Positions 41,827 through 52,308 of a stretch of 64,000 nt of DNA are shown here, one piece after another; the stretch's first letter is position 1, and every line of letters begins with the position of its first letter. Source of the DNA: an uncultured Collinsella sp. (lineage in GTDB: Bacteria; Actinomycetota; Coriobacteriia; Coriobacteriales; Coriobacteriaceae). Under the pieces are notes generated by a model. The model ran no database searches. It had not been told where the DNA came from and was given only the letters and a program-made list of their open reading frames with translations. The position numbers and the translations under genes are program-made. Location of the stretch: the NCBI GenBank assembly GCA_900762325.1, contig CAAFGG010000048.1, positions 19,528-83,527 on the forward strand. The letters run 5' to 3'.

Positions 41827-43131
41827 CTACTTGCGCAGCGGCTTGGGCAGCGGAATGCCGGCGGCGATGACGGCCGCAATGATCATGCAGACGATACCCT
41901 TGAGTGAGAAGCACATGAGCAGCAGACCCACGACCATGACCGGCTGGCGCATGACGGCGCCCATCGTCGATGCCGTGCAGACGGCGACGCAAAAGACCGG
42001 ATTGGCGCCGGTGAGGATGGCAAGGCCGTAGCCCAGGCTCACACCCGAGAAGATAACCGGGAAGAAGTGGCCGCCACGCCAACCAAGGTTGATGAGGGCG
42101 GGCGTCAGCATGGCCTTAACAAGACCGGTCGCGATAAGCACGCCAGCGGGAATGGTCAGGTAGGTCTCCATGAGCACGTCGGCCTGGGTCTCGCCGGCAA
42201 ACATGGTGTAGGGCAGAACCGTGCCACAGATGGCGAGCGCCAGACCGGCTAGCATGGCCTTGACGACAGGACGCTCCCCTATTGCATGAGACAGCGCCTC
42301 GCTCGCATGCTCAGAGACAAAGTACAGCCATCCGCAAACGGTGCCGACCAACGCCAGCGGAATGAGCCAGACAAGTTCCAGGTTGCCCACCACGGCGGCC
42401 TCGAACCTCGGCATGCCCATGCCGCCGCCCATGAGCTGGCCGAGCAGCAGGTAGGTGCCCAGACCACCGGCAATCGCAATGCCGTAGACCACCGTCTTTT
42501 GCGCCTTGGGCAGCTTGATGGTGATCTCGCCGGACGCGGACTCATCGTCGGCGTCTTCGCCCTGGCCGTCAGTACTTCCGGCAAGCGGCGCCACAAAGCC
42601 AAAGACGGGCGCGGTAAAGAGTGCCGTCAGGGCAGCCTGGGTGCCCAGCAGCGTGAGCTCCCTAAACTCGGCGCCAAAGCGACGCATGCGATCGCCGACC
42701 CAGCTGCACAGACCCGCGATGACGCCGGTCAGGCCGGCCTCCGGTCCAATGCTGCCGCCAAACAGCAGCGGCAGCAATGCCGCGAGCGAAAGCTTGCCCA
42801 GATTGTCGTACGGGTAGCGTCCATCGCGCTTTACCTTGGCCATCACCTGGTTGAGGTCATCGGTCTTGGTGCCCGTCGTCTTTTCGTACAGACCGATCAG
42901 CAGGCCGCCCAGCAGGCAGACGAAAAACGGGTATGGCAGAAAGCCAAACGGGCCGCTGGCAAGCTCGGGCGAAGCGACGCCCAGCATATGCGGGACCTCG
43001 GTCCACAAATAATCAATGCCGTGCTCCATCGCAAAGAAGAACAGCCAGACTGCGGCACCTGCGAACGCACCGGTCACGGCAACGCTAACTAAAAACAGCG
43101 CGCGGTTTGTGGGTTTGGCAAGGTTATCCAT
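41827..43131 (-). CDS. ClC chloride channel family protein
   Basis: GGSIGPEA, GWRGGHFFP. Confidence 0.8.
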   Translation of the reverse strand: MDNLAKPTNRALFLVSVAVTGAFAGAAVWLFFFAMEHGIDYLWTEVPHMLGVASPELASGPFGFLPYPFFVCLLGGLLIGLYEKTTGTKTDDLNQVMAKVKRDGRYPYDNLGKLSLAALLPLLFGGSIGPEAGLTGVIAGLCSWVGDRMRRFGAEFRELTLLGTQAALTALFTAPVFGFVAPLAGSTDGQGEDADDESASGEITIKLPKAQKTVVYGIAIAGGLGTYLLLGQLMGGGMGMPRFEAAVVGNLELVWLIPLALVGTVCGWLYFVSEHASEALSHAIGERPVVKAMLAGLALAICGTVLPYTMFAGETQADVLMETYLTIPAGVLIATGLVKAMLTPALINLGWRGGHFFPVIFSGVSLGYGLAILTGANPVFCVAVCTASTMGAVMRQPVMVVGLLLMCFSLKGIVCMIIAAVIAAGIPLPKPLRK

Positions 43132-43256
43132 CGGGTCCTCCCGCGGTCAAAGTCGACATAGATACATTTTATTGTAGAGCGCGCGTTGCCCGAACGGGCC
43201 AACCACCTGCGCCGCAAACGGCACCATTGGGAGTCATAGTGGGGCAGGCTCAAGAC

Positions 43257-43790
43257 TTATCCGTTGATAATCGAGGCAATCTCACGCAAATCGTCGGCAA
43301 AGTAGATGCCGAGCTGGCGCCTCGAGCTCGAAAGCCCCTTATCAATCATGTGCCCGAGCAGCGCCTTAAGGTCATTGTAGTAACCGTCCAAGTTGTACAG
43401 AATGCACGGCGCGCTCAGGTGCCCCAACGACACCGCGGACATGACCTCGGCAATCTCCTCGAGCGTACCCGTCCCGCCGGGAAAGGCAATGAAGGCATCA
43501 CCAAGCTCGATCATCTTGGCTTTACGCTCGGCCATATCGCTCGTCACGATGAGATCGTCGATTCCGTCGTGCTGAAACTCGGCCTCGATAAAAAAGCTCG
43601 GCTCCACGCCCGTCACATGTCCGCCAGCATCGAGCACGCTATCGGCGAGCGCGCCCATCAGGCCCGATTTGGACCCGCCGTATACCAACGCGTGGCCGTT
43701 GGTGCCAATCCAGTTGCCCAGCTCCTGTACCGCAGGTAGAAACGCCGAGTCACTACCGACGCTGGCACCCAGATACACGGTGATATTCAT
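43257..43790 (-). CDS. LOG family nucleotide phosphoribohydrolase
   Basis: VYGG...GLMG, ERK..M, PGGTGTLEE. Confidence 0.9.
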   Translation of the reverse strand: MNITVYLGASVGSDSAFLPAVQELGNWIGTNGHALVYGGSKSGLMGALADSVLDAGGHVTGVEPSFFIEAEFQHDGIDDLIVTSDMAERKAKMIELGDAFIAFPGGTGTLEEIAEVMSAVSLGHLSAPCILYNLDGYYNDLKALLGHMIDKGLSSSRRQLGIYFADDLREIASIING

Positions 43791-43825
43791 TTCAGTCCCC
43801 CTCATCGTGACGCACGGCGCCCGTT

Positions 43826-44251
43826 CTAGCGTTGGCGGCGGCGATATTCGCGCACGCGGCGCGACAGATCGGCGAGCTCGTCACGATCGAGCTCTTCCAA
43901 ATGCTCAAGATCGTCCATAAAGCGCGCCATGGTGTCCTTTTGGCGCAGCTTGATGAGCGTATTGCAGTAGTTCACCGCCACGCCCGTAAGCATGGCGATA
44001 TAGAAGATACTGATGACGCTTAGGATGACGGTAATGCCGCGGGCAACCGGCGTTTCTGCCGGGATATCGCCAAAGCCGATCGTCGAGACCGTCTCAAAGC
44101 TAAACCAGAGACCATCACCAAAGGTGAGGGTCGTAGGCTCGGACAGCCAGACAGCCGTCGAGCACAGCAGGTAAAAGATAAGAAACAGGCCCGTAATGCG
44201 TGCAAAGCCAGCCTGTCGCAGCACATCGGCAAGCGTCCTCAACCTGTTCAT
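43826..44251 (-). CDS. 2-TM potassium channel protein
   Basis: TVSTIGFGD selectivity filter. Confidence 0.88.
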   Translation of the reverse strand: MNRLRTLADVLRQAGFARITGLFLIFYLLCSTAVWLSEPTTLTFGDGLWFSFETVSTIGFGDIPAETPVARGITVILSVISIFYIAMLTGVAVNYCNTLIKLRQKDTMARFMDDLEHLEELDRDELADLSRRVREYRRRQR

Positions 44252-44322
44252 CGCGACCCCTTTTCCCAGACGCCCAATCACATTCGCTCGGTATTGTCCC
44301 ACGCCTCCCCCGCAAACGGAAC

Positions 44323-44378
44323 TAGTCATTGGGGACGTTCTTAAACGACTAGTCAGTTAAGAACGTCCCCAATGACTA
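44323..44378. repeat. REP-like palindrome family B
   Basis: tagtcattggggacgttcttaa-N12-ttaagaacgtccccaatgacta. Confidence 0.9.
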
Positions 44379-44431
44379 CCTAACCGTTTAGCGGTGCGGC
44401 GGCTGAATGGGCAGGCTGAGCTGGTATCCTT

Positions 44432-47269
44432 ATGCGAAACTGTCTCAACTCGATAGGATTTCATGTGAAACCTTCCGCCGTCCTTCGCTTGGCTCTATAT
44501 CGCACCCTGGCCGTCGCGCTTGCCGCGCTCGCCATACTGAGCGCCGTCATGCCCGCCCCCGCCTTTGCCGCCGACTCCGACCAGCAGGTCAAGACGGTCC
44601 GCGTTGGCTGGCTCGTCAACAACAAAGGCTTCCAGGAAGGCATGCCGGGCGAGCGACTCTCGGGGTGGGGCTACGAGTACCTCCAGACCCTCTCGTATTA
44701 CACAAAGGGCTGGCAATACGAATACGTTAGCGGCACCTTCTCCGAGCTTATGGACATGCTCGAAGCAGGCGAAATCGACCTCATGCCCAACATCTCGTAT
44801 TCGGCAGAACGCGAGCAGAAGCTGCTCTTTTCCTCGAACCCCGAGGGCACCGAGCGCTACTACATCTACGCCAGGCCCGACCGCGACGATCTGGCCAAGG
44901 GTGACCCCCAGGCGCTCCAAGGCCTCACCATCGGCTGCAACTCTGGCGTTATGCAAACTATCGTCGGCCAGCAGTGGCTCGCCGACGAAGGCGTCACCTG
45001 CACCTATAAAGAAATCGACACCGGCAGCGCCCTCTTTGAGGCGCTTGCAGACGGCGAGGTCGACGCCGTCATCATGAACGATACCATTTCGTCGCCCGAT
45101 GCGTCACCCATGTTCTACATAGGCTCGAGCGACTACTATTTTGCCGTTCCCAAAAGCCGCCCCGATCTGATGAACGACATCAACGCCGCCATGACGACCA
45201 TCGCCCGCGATAACCCGCGCTATAACGAGGAAGTCAAATCGAGTTACTCGACCCAAAACAGTGGCTCGTCATCGCTCACCGGCCCCGAGACCACCTGGCT
45301 CAAAGCAAACGGCAATACCATCACGCTCGGCTATCTTAAAAACCAACTTCCCTACTGCACGCAAAATGACGACGGCGAGATGGAAGGATCGCTCGCCTCG
45401 CTTGCAACGACGTTGCACGACAAGTTTGGTATTACGGTCAAAACAATCGCACTCTCGAACAACAGGCAAATGATCAAAGCCCTTTCCAACGGAACCATCG
45501 ATGTCGCCCTGCCATTGTTTCGCGACTACTGGCTCGCCGAGCAGACAGGAGTCATCCAGTCAAACTCGATGGGAACGGTTTCGCTGACCGCCATTCACAG
45601 TGGCAAAAACCTGAACAGCGACCTTAAGAACATCGCTTGTACAAAGAGCACAATCGTTAACCGTTTTGAGCTCGAAAGTCTCTTCCCGAACGCAACAGTA
45701 ACCGAGTACTCGAATGACGGCGAGGTGCTCAAAGCCCTCAATGAGGGGAAGGCACGTTGCATCATTGTCCCCAGCACGCGCCTGGAAACTCTCCGCGACA
45801 CCTACGACATCGAGGATTTCGAAACACAGGAACTCACCAACACGGCGCAGCTATCGTGTTTAATTTCGCGCGGCAAGCCCGAGCTGCTGGGAATCATCAA
45901 TAAGGGCATCGTCAATGCAGGTGAATCGCTCTCTGCAAACAGCTATTTCCCCACATCGTACTCGGCGCAAGAATCGGACACGTTCCAGTTTTTCTATCGT
46001 AACCGCACCGCCATTGCGACTGTTATCATCTGCATCTTGCTCACCAGCATCGCTATCCTTGTCTGGTCGCTTTACCGCGCACAGGAGGAACGGCAGAAAG
46101 CTGATGCCGCCAACGCCGCCAAAACCGCTTTCCTCACGCGCATGAGCCACGACATCCGCACGCCGCTCAACGGCATCCTAGGCCTTATCGAAATTGAGGA
46201 ATTGAGAGAAGGCGACATGCAGGTCGCCCGCGAAAGCCGCGCCAAGGCGCGCGTTGCCGCCAATCACCTGCTGTCACTAATTAACGACATCCTCGAGATG
46301 GGCAGGATCGAGGAGTGCAAAGTGACGCTCGAGCACGAATCATTCAACCTTAAAGAGCTGTGCGACAATGCGCTCGTACTGTGCAAGCTCCGCGCATCGG
46401 ACCGCGGCATAACCATGCTCGACACCAGCGAGCCCTACGCTGTCGACCAATATATGATCGGCAGCCCCACCCATATTCGGCAGATCCTTGTCAACCTGCT
46501 CGACAACAGCATCAAGTACAACAAGCACGGAGGCACCGTCACGTTCTCATCGACCATCAAACCGGTCGACGACGAGCACGCCGTGTTTTGCTTTAGCGTC
46601 TCGGATACCGGCATTGGTATGACGCCCGAGTTTTTGACGCACATTTACGAGCCGTTTGCCCAGGAAGGCGACGATGCGCGCAGCAAGTTCCAAGGAACCG
46701 GCATTGGCATGTCTATCGTCAAATCGCTCATCGATATGATGGGCGGCACGATTGAGATTTCGAGTGAGGTTGGCGCGGGAAGCACGTTCAACGTCCAGAT
46801 ACCGCTCGATATCGACAAGAACCCTCAGGCAAAAGAACGTGCGTCCAAGCAGACATACAGTTGCTCGCTTGCCGGCATGAACGTCCTTTTGGCAGAAGAC
46901 AACGAGCTCAATGCCGAAATTGCCCAGGCTCTACTCGAAAGCGAAGGCATCGTCGTAACGCGCGCCGCCGACGGCAACAAAGCAGTCGACCTATACGTTA
47001 GTCGTCCCGCCGGCAGCTTCGATGCGATCCTGATGGACATCATGATGCCGGGCATGGATGGCTACGAGGCAACCCGCGCGATTCGTCTGAGCGAAAAGGC
47101 CGATGCAGCCGACATCCCCATCATCGCGCTCACTGCCAACGCCTTCAACGAGGACGCCAAGGCGGCACACGATGCCGGTATGAACGCCCATCTGCCCAAA
47201 CCGCTCGACTTTAACAAGCTCAAAAACATACTCGCCCGCATCAAGAAATACGGATCCGTTTCGCTATAG
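44432..47269 (+). CDS. Hybrid sensor kinase (extracellular SBP domains-HisKA-HATPase-REC); start uncertain
   Basis: MSHDIRTPLNGI, NLLDNSIKY, DTGIG, LLAEDN, MDIMMP. Confidence 0.92.
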   Translation: MRNCLNSIGFHVKPSAVLRLALYRTLAVALAALAILSAVMPAPAFAADSDQQVKTVRVGWLVNNKGFQEGMPGERLSGWGYEYLQTLSYYTKGWQYEYVSGTFSELMDMLEAGEIDLMPNISYSAEREQKLLFSSNPEGTERYYIYARPDRDDLAKGDPQALQGLTIGCNSGVMQTIVGQQWLADEGVTCTYKEIDTGSALFEALADGEVDAVIMNDTISSPDASPMFYIGSSDYYFAVPKSRPDLMNDINAAMTTIARDNPRYNEEVKSSYSTQNSGSSSLTGPETTWLKANGNTITLGYLKNQLPYCTQNDDGEMEGSLASLATTLHDKFGITVKTIALSNNRQMIKALSNGTIDVALPLFRDYWLAEQTGVIQSNSMGTVSLTAIHSGKNLNSDLKNIACTKSTIVNRFELESLFPNATVTEYSNDGEVLKALNEGKARCIIVPSTRLETLRDTYDIEDFETQELTNTAQLSCLISRGKPELLGIINKGIVNAGESLSANSYFPTSYSAQESDTFQFFYRNRTAIATVIICILLTSIAILVWSLYRAQEERQKADAANAAKTAFLTRMSHDIRTPLNGILGLIEIEELREGDMQVARESRAKARVAANHLLSLINDILEMGRIEECKVTLEHESFNLKELCDNALVLCKLRASDRGITMLDTSEPYAVDQYMIGSPTHIRQILVNLLDNSIKYNKHGGTVTFSSTIKPVDDEHAVFCFSVSDTGIGMTPEFLTHIYEPFAQEGDDARSKFQGTGIGMSIVKSLIDMMGGTIEISSEVGAGSTFNVQIPLDIDKNPQAKERASKQTYSCSLAGMNVLLAEDNELNAEIAQALLESEGIVVTRAADGNKAVDLYVSRPAGSFDAILMDIMMPGMDGYEATRAIRLSEKADAADIPIIALTANAFNEDAKAAHDAGMNAHLPKPLDFNKLKNILARIKKYGSVSL

Positions 47270-47311
47270 TTTGTGCTCAACCACCATGCACAGCCAGAAA
47301 GGAAGCCAACG

Positions 47312-47791
47312 ATGTTTAGGCCCTTACGTCGAAAGAAACGCGCCATCACTGACGAGGAAGCGCGCGAGTTGCTCGCCACCTGTAAGCGCGGCGTCTTTGC
47401 CGTCAACGGCGATGATGGCTACCCCTATGCCATTCCCGTCAACTACTTCTTTGACGCCGAGCACGACAAAATTTATTTCCATGGCGCCAAGGCCGGCCAC
47501 AAGGTCGATTCGCTCAGGCGTGACGATAAAGTCTGCTTTACCGTTTACGGCAACGAGTGGTACAAGGACGGCGACTGGGCTCCTTACGTCATGAGCACTG
47601 TGGTCTTTGGCCGTTGCCGCCTGGTAGATGAAGCGCCTGCGTTTATCGAGGACAAAGTCCGCCAGCTCGCGCTTAAGTACTACCCTTCTGCCGAAGAAGT
47701 CGAGGAAGAAATCGCCAAAGACATCAAGGGCGTCCAACTCTACGAGATTTCAATTGAGCATCTTTGCGGCAAGCAGATTCAGGAAAAGTAG
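47312..47791 (+). CDS. Pyridoxamine 5'-phosphate oxidase / NimA-like flavoprotein
   Basis: GYPYAIPVNY, IYFHGA..GHK, KVCFTV. Confidence 0.85.
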   Translation: MFRPLRRKKRAITDEEARELLATCKRGVFAVNGDDGYPYAIPVNYFFDAEHDKIYFHGAKAGHKVDSLRRDDKVCFTVYGNEWYKDGDWAPYVMSTVVFGRCRLVDEAPAFIEDKVRQLALKYYPSAEEVEEEIAKDIKGVQLYEISIEHLCGKQIQEK

Positions 47792-47887
47792 CGAATGCGA
47801 AAAACGCGCTCGCTACCCTCTGCGCCCCATGCGCCCACGCATTTTGACGGCGTGGGCGCATGGGGCAGCACTCGAATCGAGCGCCCC

Positions 47888-49099
47888 CTATACCCCAAAA
47901 ACGTAGCGGTCCAGGCGGTCGCACGCCTCCCTTACGCGCGAAAGCGGCAGCGCCAGATTCACGCGAATGTGGCAGGGCCCGTGGAACGGGCGGCCGTCCT
48001 GATACCCCACGCCCACGCGCGCCCCCTCGTCGAGCAGCCACTGAATATCGCGGCCATGCTCGCGGCACCACTCGGTGCAGTCCAGAAACACCATGTAGGT
48101 GCCCTGCGGACGCGAATAGGACACGCCCGCAAAATGCTTGTCCACGTAATTGCAGAAGTAGTCGACGTTGCCCTCGATGACCTCATTGAGCTCATCAACC
48201 CACTCGTAGCCTTGCGGCTGGTAGGCACCGATAAGCGCATGCATGGAGAGGACGTTCATCTCGTTGTAGTGGGTCTTGTCGGACACGGCGCACACGCGGT
48301 CGCGCAGCGTCTCGTTATAGATGATGTGGTAGCTGCCGACCAGGCCCGCCAGGTTAAACGTCTTGCTAGGCGCGTAGAGGGCAACCGTGCGCATGTGGGC
48401 GTCCTCGCTCACCGACTGCGTCGGGATATGCTTGTGGCCCGGCAGGATGATATCGGACCAAATCTCATCCGAGATCACCACGCAATCGTGCTGACGATAG
48501 ATGTCCATGGCACGTTCGATCTCGTCGCGCTCCCATACGCGGCCGCAGGGATTGTGCGGCGAGCAGAACACGGCGGCATGGATATGGTTTTGTGCGAGCT
48601 TGCGCTCCATGTCCTCAAAATCCATGCGCCACACGCCCTGATCGTCGAGCTTAAGCGGGCTGTGGACAATGCGATAGCCCGCGGCCTCGATGGACTTGGT
48701 AAAGCCGATGTAGGTGGGACTGTGGACCAGCACCGCATCGCCCGGCTGGACATATGCGCGCAACGTCGACACGACACCGCCCAGTACGCCGTTTTCGTAG
48801 CCGATATGCTCAGGGAGCAGGCCTTCGACGCCATTACGGCGGGTCTGCCATTCGATGATGCGGTCGAAGTACTCGTCGCGCGGATTGAAATAGCCAAACA
48901 TGGGATGCTGGGCGCGCTGAATGATGTACTCCTGGACCGTGGGCACCGTGGCAAAGTTCATGTCCGCTACCCACATGGGGATGCGGTCGAAGCCCTCGTC
49001 GGGTGCGTTCGGAGCCATGCCGGGAATTTCTCCCCAGGAGTCAACGGCGATGGCGTCCATGCCGTGGCGGTCGATAAGCGAGGTAAAGTCGTATTTCAT
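47888..49099 (-). CDS. MalY/PatB PLP-dependent C-S lyase
   Basis: PMWVADMNF, CSPHNPCGRVW, SDEIWSD, APSKTFNLAG. Confidence 0.92.
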   Translation of the reverse strand: MKYDFTSLIDRHGMDAIAVDSWGEIPGMAPNAPDEGFDRIPMWVADMNFATVPTVQEYIIQRAQHPMFGYFNPRDEYFDRIIEWQTRRNGVEGLLPEHIGYENGVLGGVVSTLRAYVQPGDAVLVHSPTYIGFTKSIEAAGYRIVHSPLKLDDQGVWRMDFEDMERKLAQNHIHAAVFCSPHNPCGRVWERDEIERAMDIYRQHDCVVISDEIWSDIILPGHKHIPTQSVSEDAHMRTVALYAPSKTFNLAGLVGSYHIIYNETLRDRVCAVSDKTHYNEMNVLSMHALIGAYQPQGYEWVDELNEVIEGNVDYFCNYVDKHFAGVSYSRPQGTYMVFLDCTEWCREHGRDIQWLLDEGARVGVGYQDGRPFHGPCHIRVNLALPLSRVREACDRLDRYVFGV

Positions 49100-49210
49100 G
49101 CTGAGCTCCCGTGCAAAGTGATTGTTTCGGTAGGCGTTATTGTCCACCAGCATGGACGGTTTTGGCATGGGGTTTGGCGTTGAATTTGGCGGGTGCGGAC
49201 GAGTAGCTGG

Positions 49211-49957
49211 TTAGTCTCGCGCGTCGTTGATGGCGGTTATCGTCAACCTGGTTCCGTCGACCGTAAACGATATGTCAAGCCCAGCGTAAGCCAAATGGTA
49301 AACGCGGTTTGGCTCGTGTTTGCTACCCGCACGGCGCGGATCTTGGCGAAGGACCTCGACCAAGCCGGGGAGCTTTGCAGGCGGGACCGTATCTTTCAGC
49401 GCTTGTGGGAACTCAACATCGAGCTCTTGCCACGGCGCGTCCTCAATCCAGCCGCCCGTCGCATCCGGGTGACAGTCGGCAAATGGAATGTAGGGCTTGA
49501 TGTCGTAGATGGGCGTGCCGTCGCGCAGGTCGGCCCCCAGTATATGGATGATCGGGCCATCATCGGTGAGCTCAACACGGCTGAGCTTGACGCAGGTGAG
49601 CCCGATGGGATTAGGGCGAAACGGACTGCGTGTGGCAAACACGCCCACACGCTCGGCTCCACCCAGACGCGGCGGGCGCACGGTTTTCGACCATTTTGCG
49701 TTGGTGCCGGACCTGTCCTGCGTTTTGGCATCGGCGGCTATGTCCTTAGCCGTGCCGCCGGGCGTTCCGTTTTCGAAGCACCACAGCAGCCATAGGTGAG
49801 AGAAGGAGTCCAGACCCTCAACTGCAGCGTTGGAGGCAAATTCCGGCTCAAAGACGATGCGTCCCTGCAGATGGGGCGCCAAAAAGCTGTTGCGTGGGAT
49901 GCCGAACTTCTGCGGCAGGTCGGTATGTATGTGTGCAATAGGTTCCATGCCGGTCAT
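49211..49957 (-). CDS. trmO: tRNA m6t6A37 methyltransferase TsaA/TrmO
   Basis: KFGIPR, VRPPRLGG, GVFATRSPFRPNPIG, DGTPIYDIKPY. Confidence 0.9.
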   Translation of the reverse strand: MTGMEPIAHIHTDLPQKFGIPRNSFLAPHLQGRIVFEPEFASNAAVEGLDSFSHLWLLWCFENGTPGGTAKDIAADAKTQDRSGTNAKWSKTVRPPRLGGAERVGVFATRSPFRPNPIGLTCVKLSRVELTDDGPIIHILGADLRDGTPIYDIKPYIPFADCHPDATGGWIEDAPWQELDVEFPQALKDTVPPAKLPGLVEVLRQDPRRAGSKHEPNRVYHLAYAGLDISFTVDGTRLTITAINDARD

Positions 49958-50088
49958 TGTACGGCATGGAGGCGTGGGGTGTTGCGCGCAATTCTTCGCC
50001 GCGGTCCCCGTCGCGCAACCAACGGTTGCTTGGAAGGGTGCCGGCCGCCGCGTATGCTTAAAGCAACAAACAGCAGAAAGGAGCCGTC

Positions 50089-50916
50089 ATGGCCTTTGCA
50101 GAAAAGCTCATCGCCATCCGCCGCGACAACAATCTCACCCAAGAGCAACTCGCCGCCAAGCTCTTCGTCACACGCCAAGCCGTCAGCCGTTGGGAACGCG
50201 GCGAAGTCACGCCGGGCATCGACATGATGAAGCTCATTGCCGCCATAACCGGAGAACCGCTGTCCCACCTGCTCGAAATGCCCGAGCACTATTGCCAGAG
50301 CTGCGGCATGATACTCACGCCCGACGACTGCGGTACCGATGCTCACGGCGCAACGACCGATCATTACTGCAAGTGGTGCTACGACCACGGCAAGTACACC
50401 TACGAGACCACGATGGAGGCCATGATTGAGGATTGCGCCCCGCGCCTGGCACAAAACACCGGTATGTCGCTCGACGAAGCCGTCTCGCTCATGGGCGCCG
50501 TGCTGCCGCAATTGGAGCGCTGGCGCACCGTGCAGGAAAACGAGGAGCGCTACGGTGCCGAGGCGCGGGCGCGCTATGGCGACGAGGCCGTCGATGCAGC
50601 AAACGAGGCACTGCTGGACATGGACCCCGAGACATGGAACGACATGAAGGAACTTGAACGCGCTATTCTGGGCCAGCTCTCGATCGCCATGGGCGACGGC
50701 GAACCGGATGGAAGTGAGGCGCGCAAGCTTGTCGCAATGCACCGTCGATGGATTGGCCTTAACTGGGGACACGAACCCCAAGACGAAGCATACCTGGGCC
50801 TCGCCCACGGCTATCTTGCCGATCAGCGCTTTATCGACTACTACGACAAGCCCTGCGGCGCCGGCGCCACGGCGTTTCTGGTTCAGGCGATCGAGTCGTC
50901 ATCGGCTCACGCATAG
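50089..50916 (+). CDS. XRE-HTH + zinc ribbon + TipAS-like domain protein
   Basis: LTQEQLA..RQAVSRWE; CQSCGM..YCKWC; 'GLAHGYLADQRFIDYYDK'. Confidence 0.8.
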   Translation: MAFAEKLIAIRRDNNLTQEQLAAKLFVTRQAVSRWERGEVTPGIDMMKLIAAITGEPLSHLLEMPEHYCQSCGMILTPDDCGTDAHGATTDHYCKWCYDHGKYTYETTMEAMIEDCAPRLAQNTGMSLDEAVSLMGAVLPQLERWRTVQENEERYGAEARARYGDEAVDAANEALLDMDPETWNDMKELERAILGQLSIAMGDGEPDGSEARKLVAMHRRWIGLNWGHEPQDEAYLGLAHGYLADQRFIDYYDKPCGAGATAFLVQAIESSSAHA

Positions 50917-50967
50917 ACCGCAGCGGCTTTGGGTATTTCAATCGAAACCTCAACCGATTGGAGACTT

Positions 50968-51213
50968 ATGGCTACTGATCATGAACTCGCGCTCTACGTT
51001 ATGACTGGCTGCCCGTATTGCATAAAGGTCAAGCGCTTCCTGGCCGATAACGGCGTGGCCATCCCCGAGCGCAATATCTCGACCGACCCCGATGCCGAGC
51101 AGACGCTCATCGCCGTCGGCGGAAAGCGCCAGGTTCCCTGCCTGTTCATTGACGGCGAGCCACTCTACGAATCGAGCGACATCATCACCTGGGTACAGAA
51201 GAACCTGCTCTAG
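50968..51213 (+). CDS. Glutaredoxin-like protein
   Basis: CPYC, QVPCLFIDG, YESSDI. Confidence 0.9.
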   Translation: MATDHELALYVMTGCPYCIKVKRFLADNGVAIPERNISTDPDAEQTLIAVGGKRQVPCLFIDGEPLYESSDIITWVQKNLL

Positions 51214-51302
51214 CACTCATTGGGGACGCACTTAAATGAGTAGTTCCACTCATTGGGGACGTACTTAAATGAGTAGTCGTTAAAGAACGTCCCCAATGAC
51301 TA
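51214..51302. repeat. REP-like family B with duplicated left arm
   Basis: cactcattggggacgYacttaaatgagtagt twice (33-bp period), then aagaacgtccccaatgacta. Confidence 0.85.
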
Positions 51303-51303
51303 A

Positions 51304-52263
51304 CTAGCCGTGGAAGCGGGCGGTAGGAGCAAGTGGCTGCTCGCGAAAGACGCGATTGACGGCGGCGCGGTATTCGTCGGCCTTTTTGGTCTTACGTACG
51401 AGCTTGTGAACGGTAGTGGGGTCGGCGAAAGCGCACTTGGCGTAGAACCACCACTCCTTCATGCGGAAGACCGCGTTGCCGCCAATCTCGTCCGCATAGG
51501 CTGCGAACAGCGTGTCGTGGAAGCGCTGCAGCTCAGCTGCCGTAGCAGCAGGGCCGCCGGCAACCATGCGAGCCAGCGCGGGGTTCGCAAGCAGGCCGCG
51601 TCCCAACATTACGTGGCGCGTTCCGGGATAGGCCTCTACCAGCTCATCCATGTCCTCAAGATCAAAGATGTCACCGTTGTAGGCCACGGGAAACGGCGCC
51701 CGCTCCAGTGTCTCGCCGTAAAACTCCTTGCGCGGCGAGCCCGTATAGCGGTCCTTTTGCACGCGCGGATGCGCGATTAGCTCTGCTAGCGGCATGCGGC
51801 AATATAGATCGAGCACACGCTCGTACTCCTCGTCACTCTCCAACCCCAGCCTGGTTTTTACCGACACCGGCAACGGCGAACGTTCGCACACGTCACCCAA
51901 GAACACCTCGAGCTCATCCAGGTTGCGCAGAAAGCCCGAACCCTTCCCCTTGGCAACAACCGTGCCCGAGGGGCAGCCAAGGTTGAGATTGACCTCGCGG
52001 TAACCCATGTCGGCGAGCACCTGCGCCGCCCACACAAACTCGTCCGCGTTCTTGGACATCAGCTGAGGCACCACGTTGAGCCCCTGGTTATTGGCGGGAT
52101 CGACCTCTTTAAACGCCTTACCGCCAAAGCGGTTGCCCACGCGCGGCGGCGGCAAAAACGGCGTGTAATAACAATCGAGTGCGCCGAAGCACTCCGCGTG
52201 CACGCGACGGAACACATGCCCGGTAATCCCCTCCATAGGGGCAAGCGATAGAATCATCAACAT
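51304..52263 (-). CDS. tRNA-dihydrouridine synthase family protein
   Basis: LAPMEGIT, NLNLGCP, SVKTRLG, H.R, NGDI, MLGRG. Confidence 0.9.
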   Translation of the reverse strand: MLMILSLAPMEGITGHVFRRVHAECFGALDCYYTPFLPPPRVGNRFGGKAFKEVDPANNQGLNVVPQLMSKNADEFVWAAQVLADMGYREVNLNLGCPSGTVVAKGKGSGFLRNLDELEVFLGDVCERSPLPVSVKTRLGLESDEEYERVLDLYCRMPLAELIAHPRVQKDRYTGSPRKEFYGETLERAPFPVAYNGDIFDLEDMDELVEAYPGTRHVMLGRGLLANPALARMVAGGPAATAAELQRFHDTLFAAYADEIGGNAVFRMKEWWFYAKCAFADPTTVHKLVRKTKKADEYRAAVNRVFREQPLAPTARFHG

Positions 52264-52277
52264 CTACTCTCAAATCA

Positions 52278-52308
52278 ATGTGGCAAAGGGACTGCCCCTT
52301 TGTCACAT
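52278..52308. repeat. REP-like palindrome family A (variant)
   Basis: atgtggcaaagggactgcccctttgtcacat. Confidence 0.85.

Noticed and set aside
47312..47791. Calling this gene nim metronidazole resistance
   Set aside because: Family is widespread; resistance cannot be inferred from the fold.
51214..51302. Tandem 33-bp repeats as a CRISPR array
   Set aside because: Only two units, no unique spacers, no cas genes; matches REP family B.
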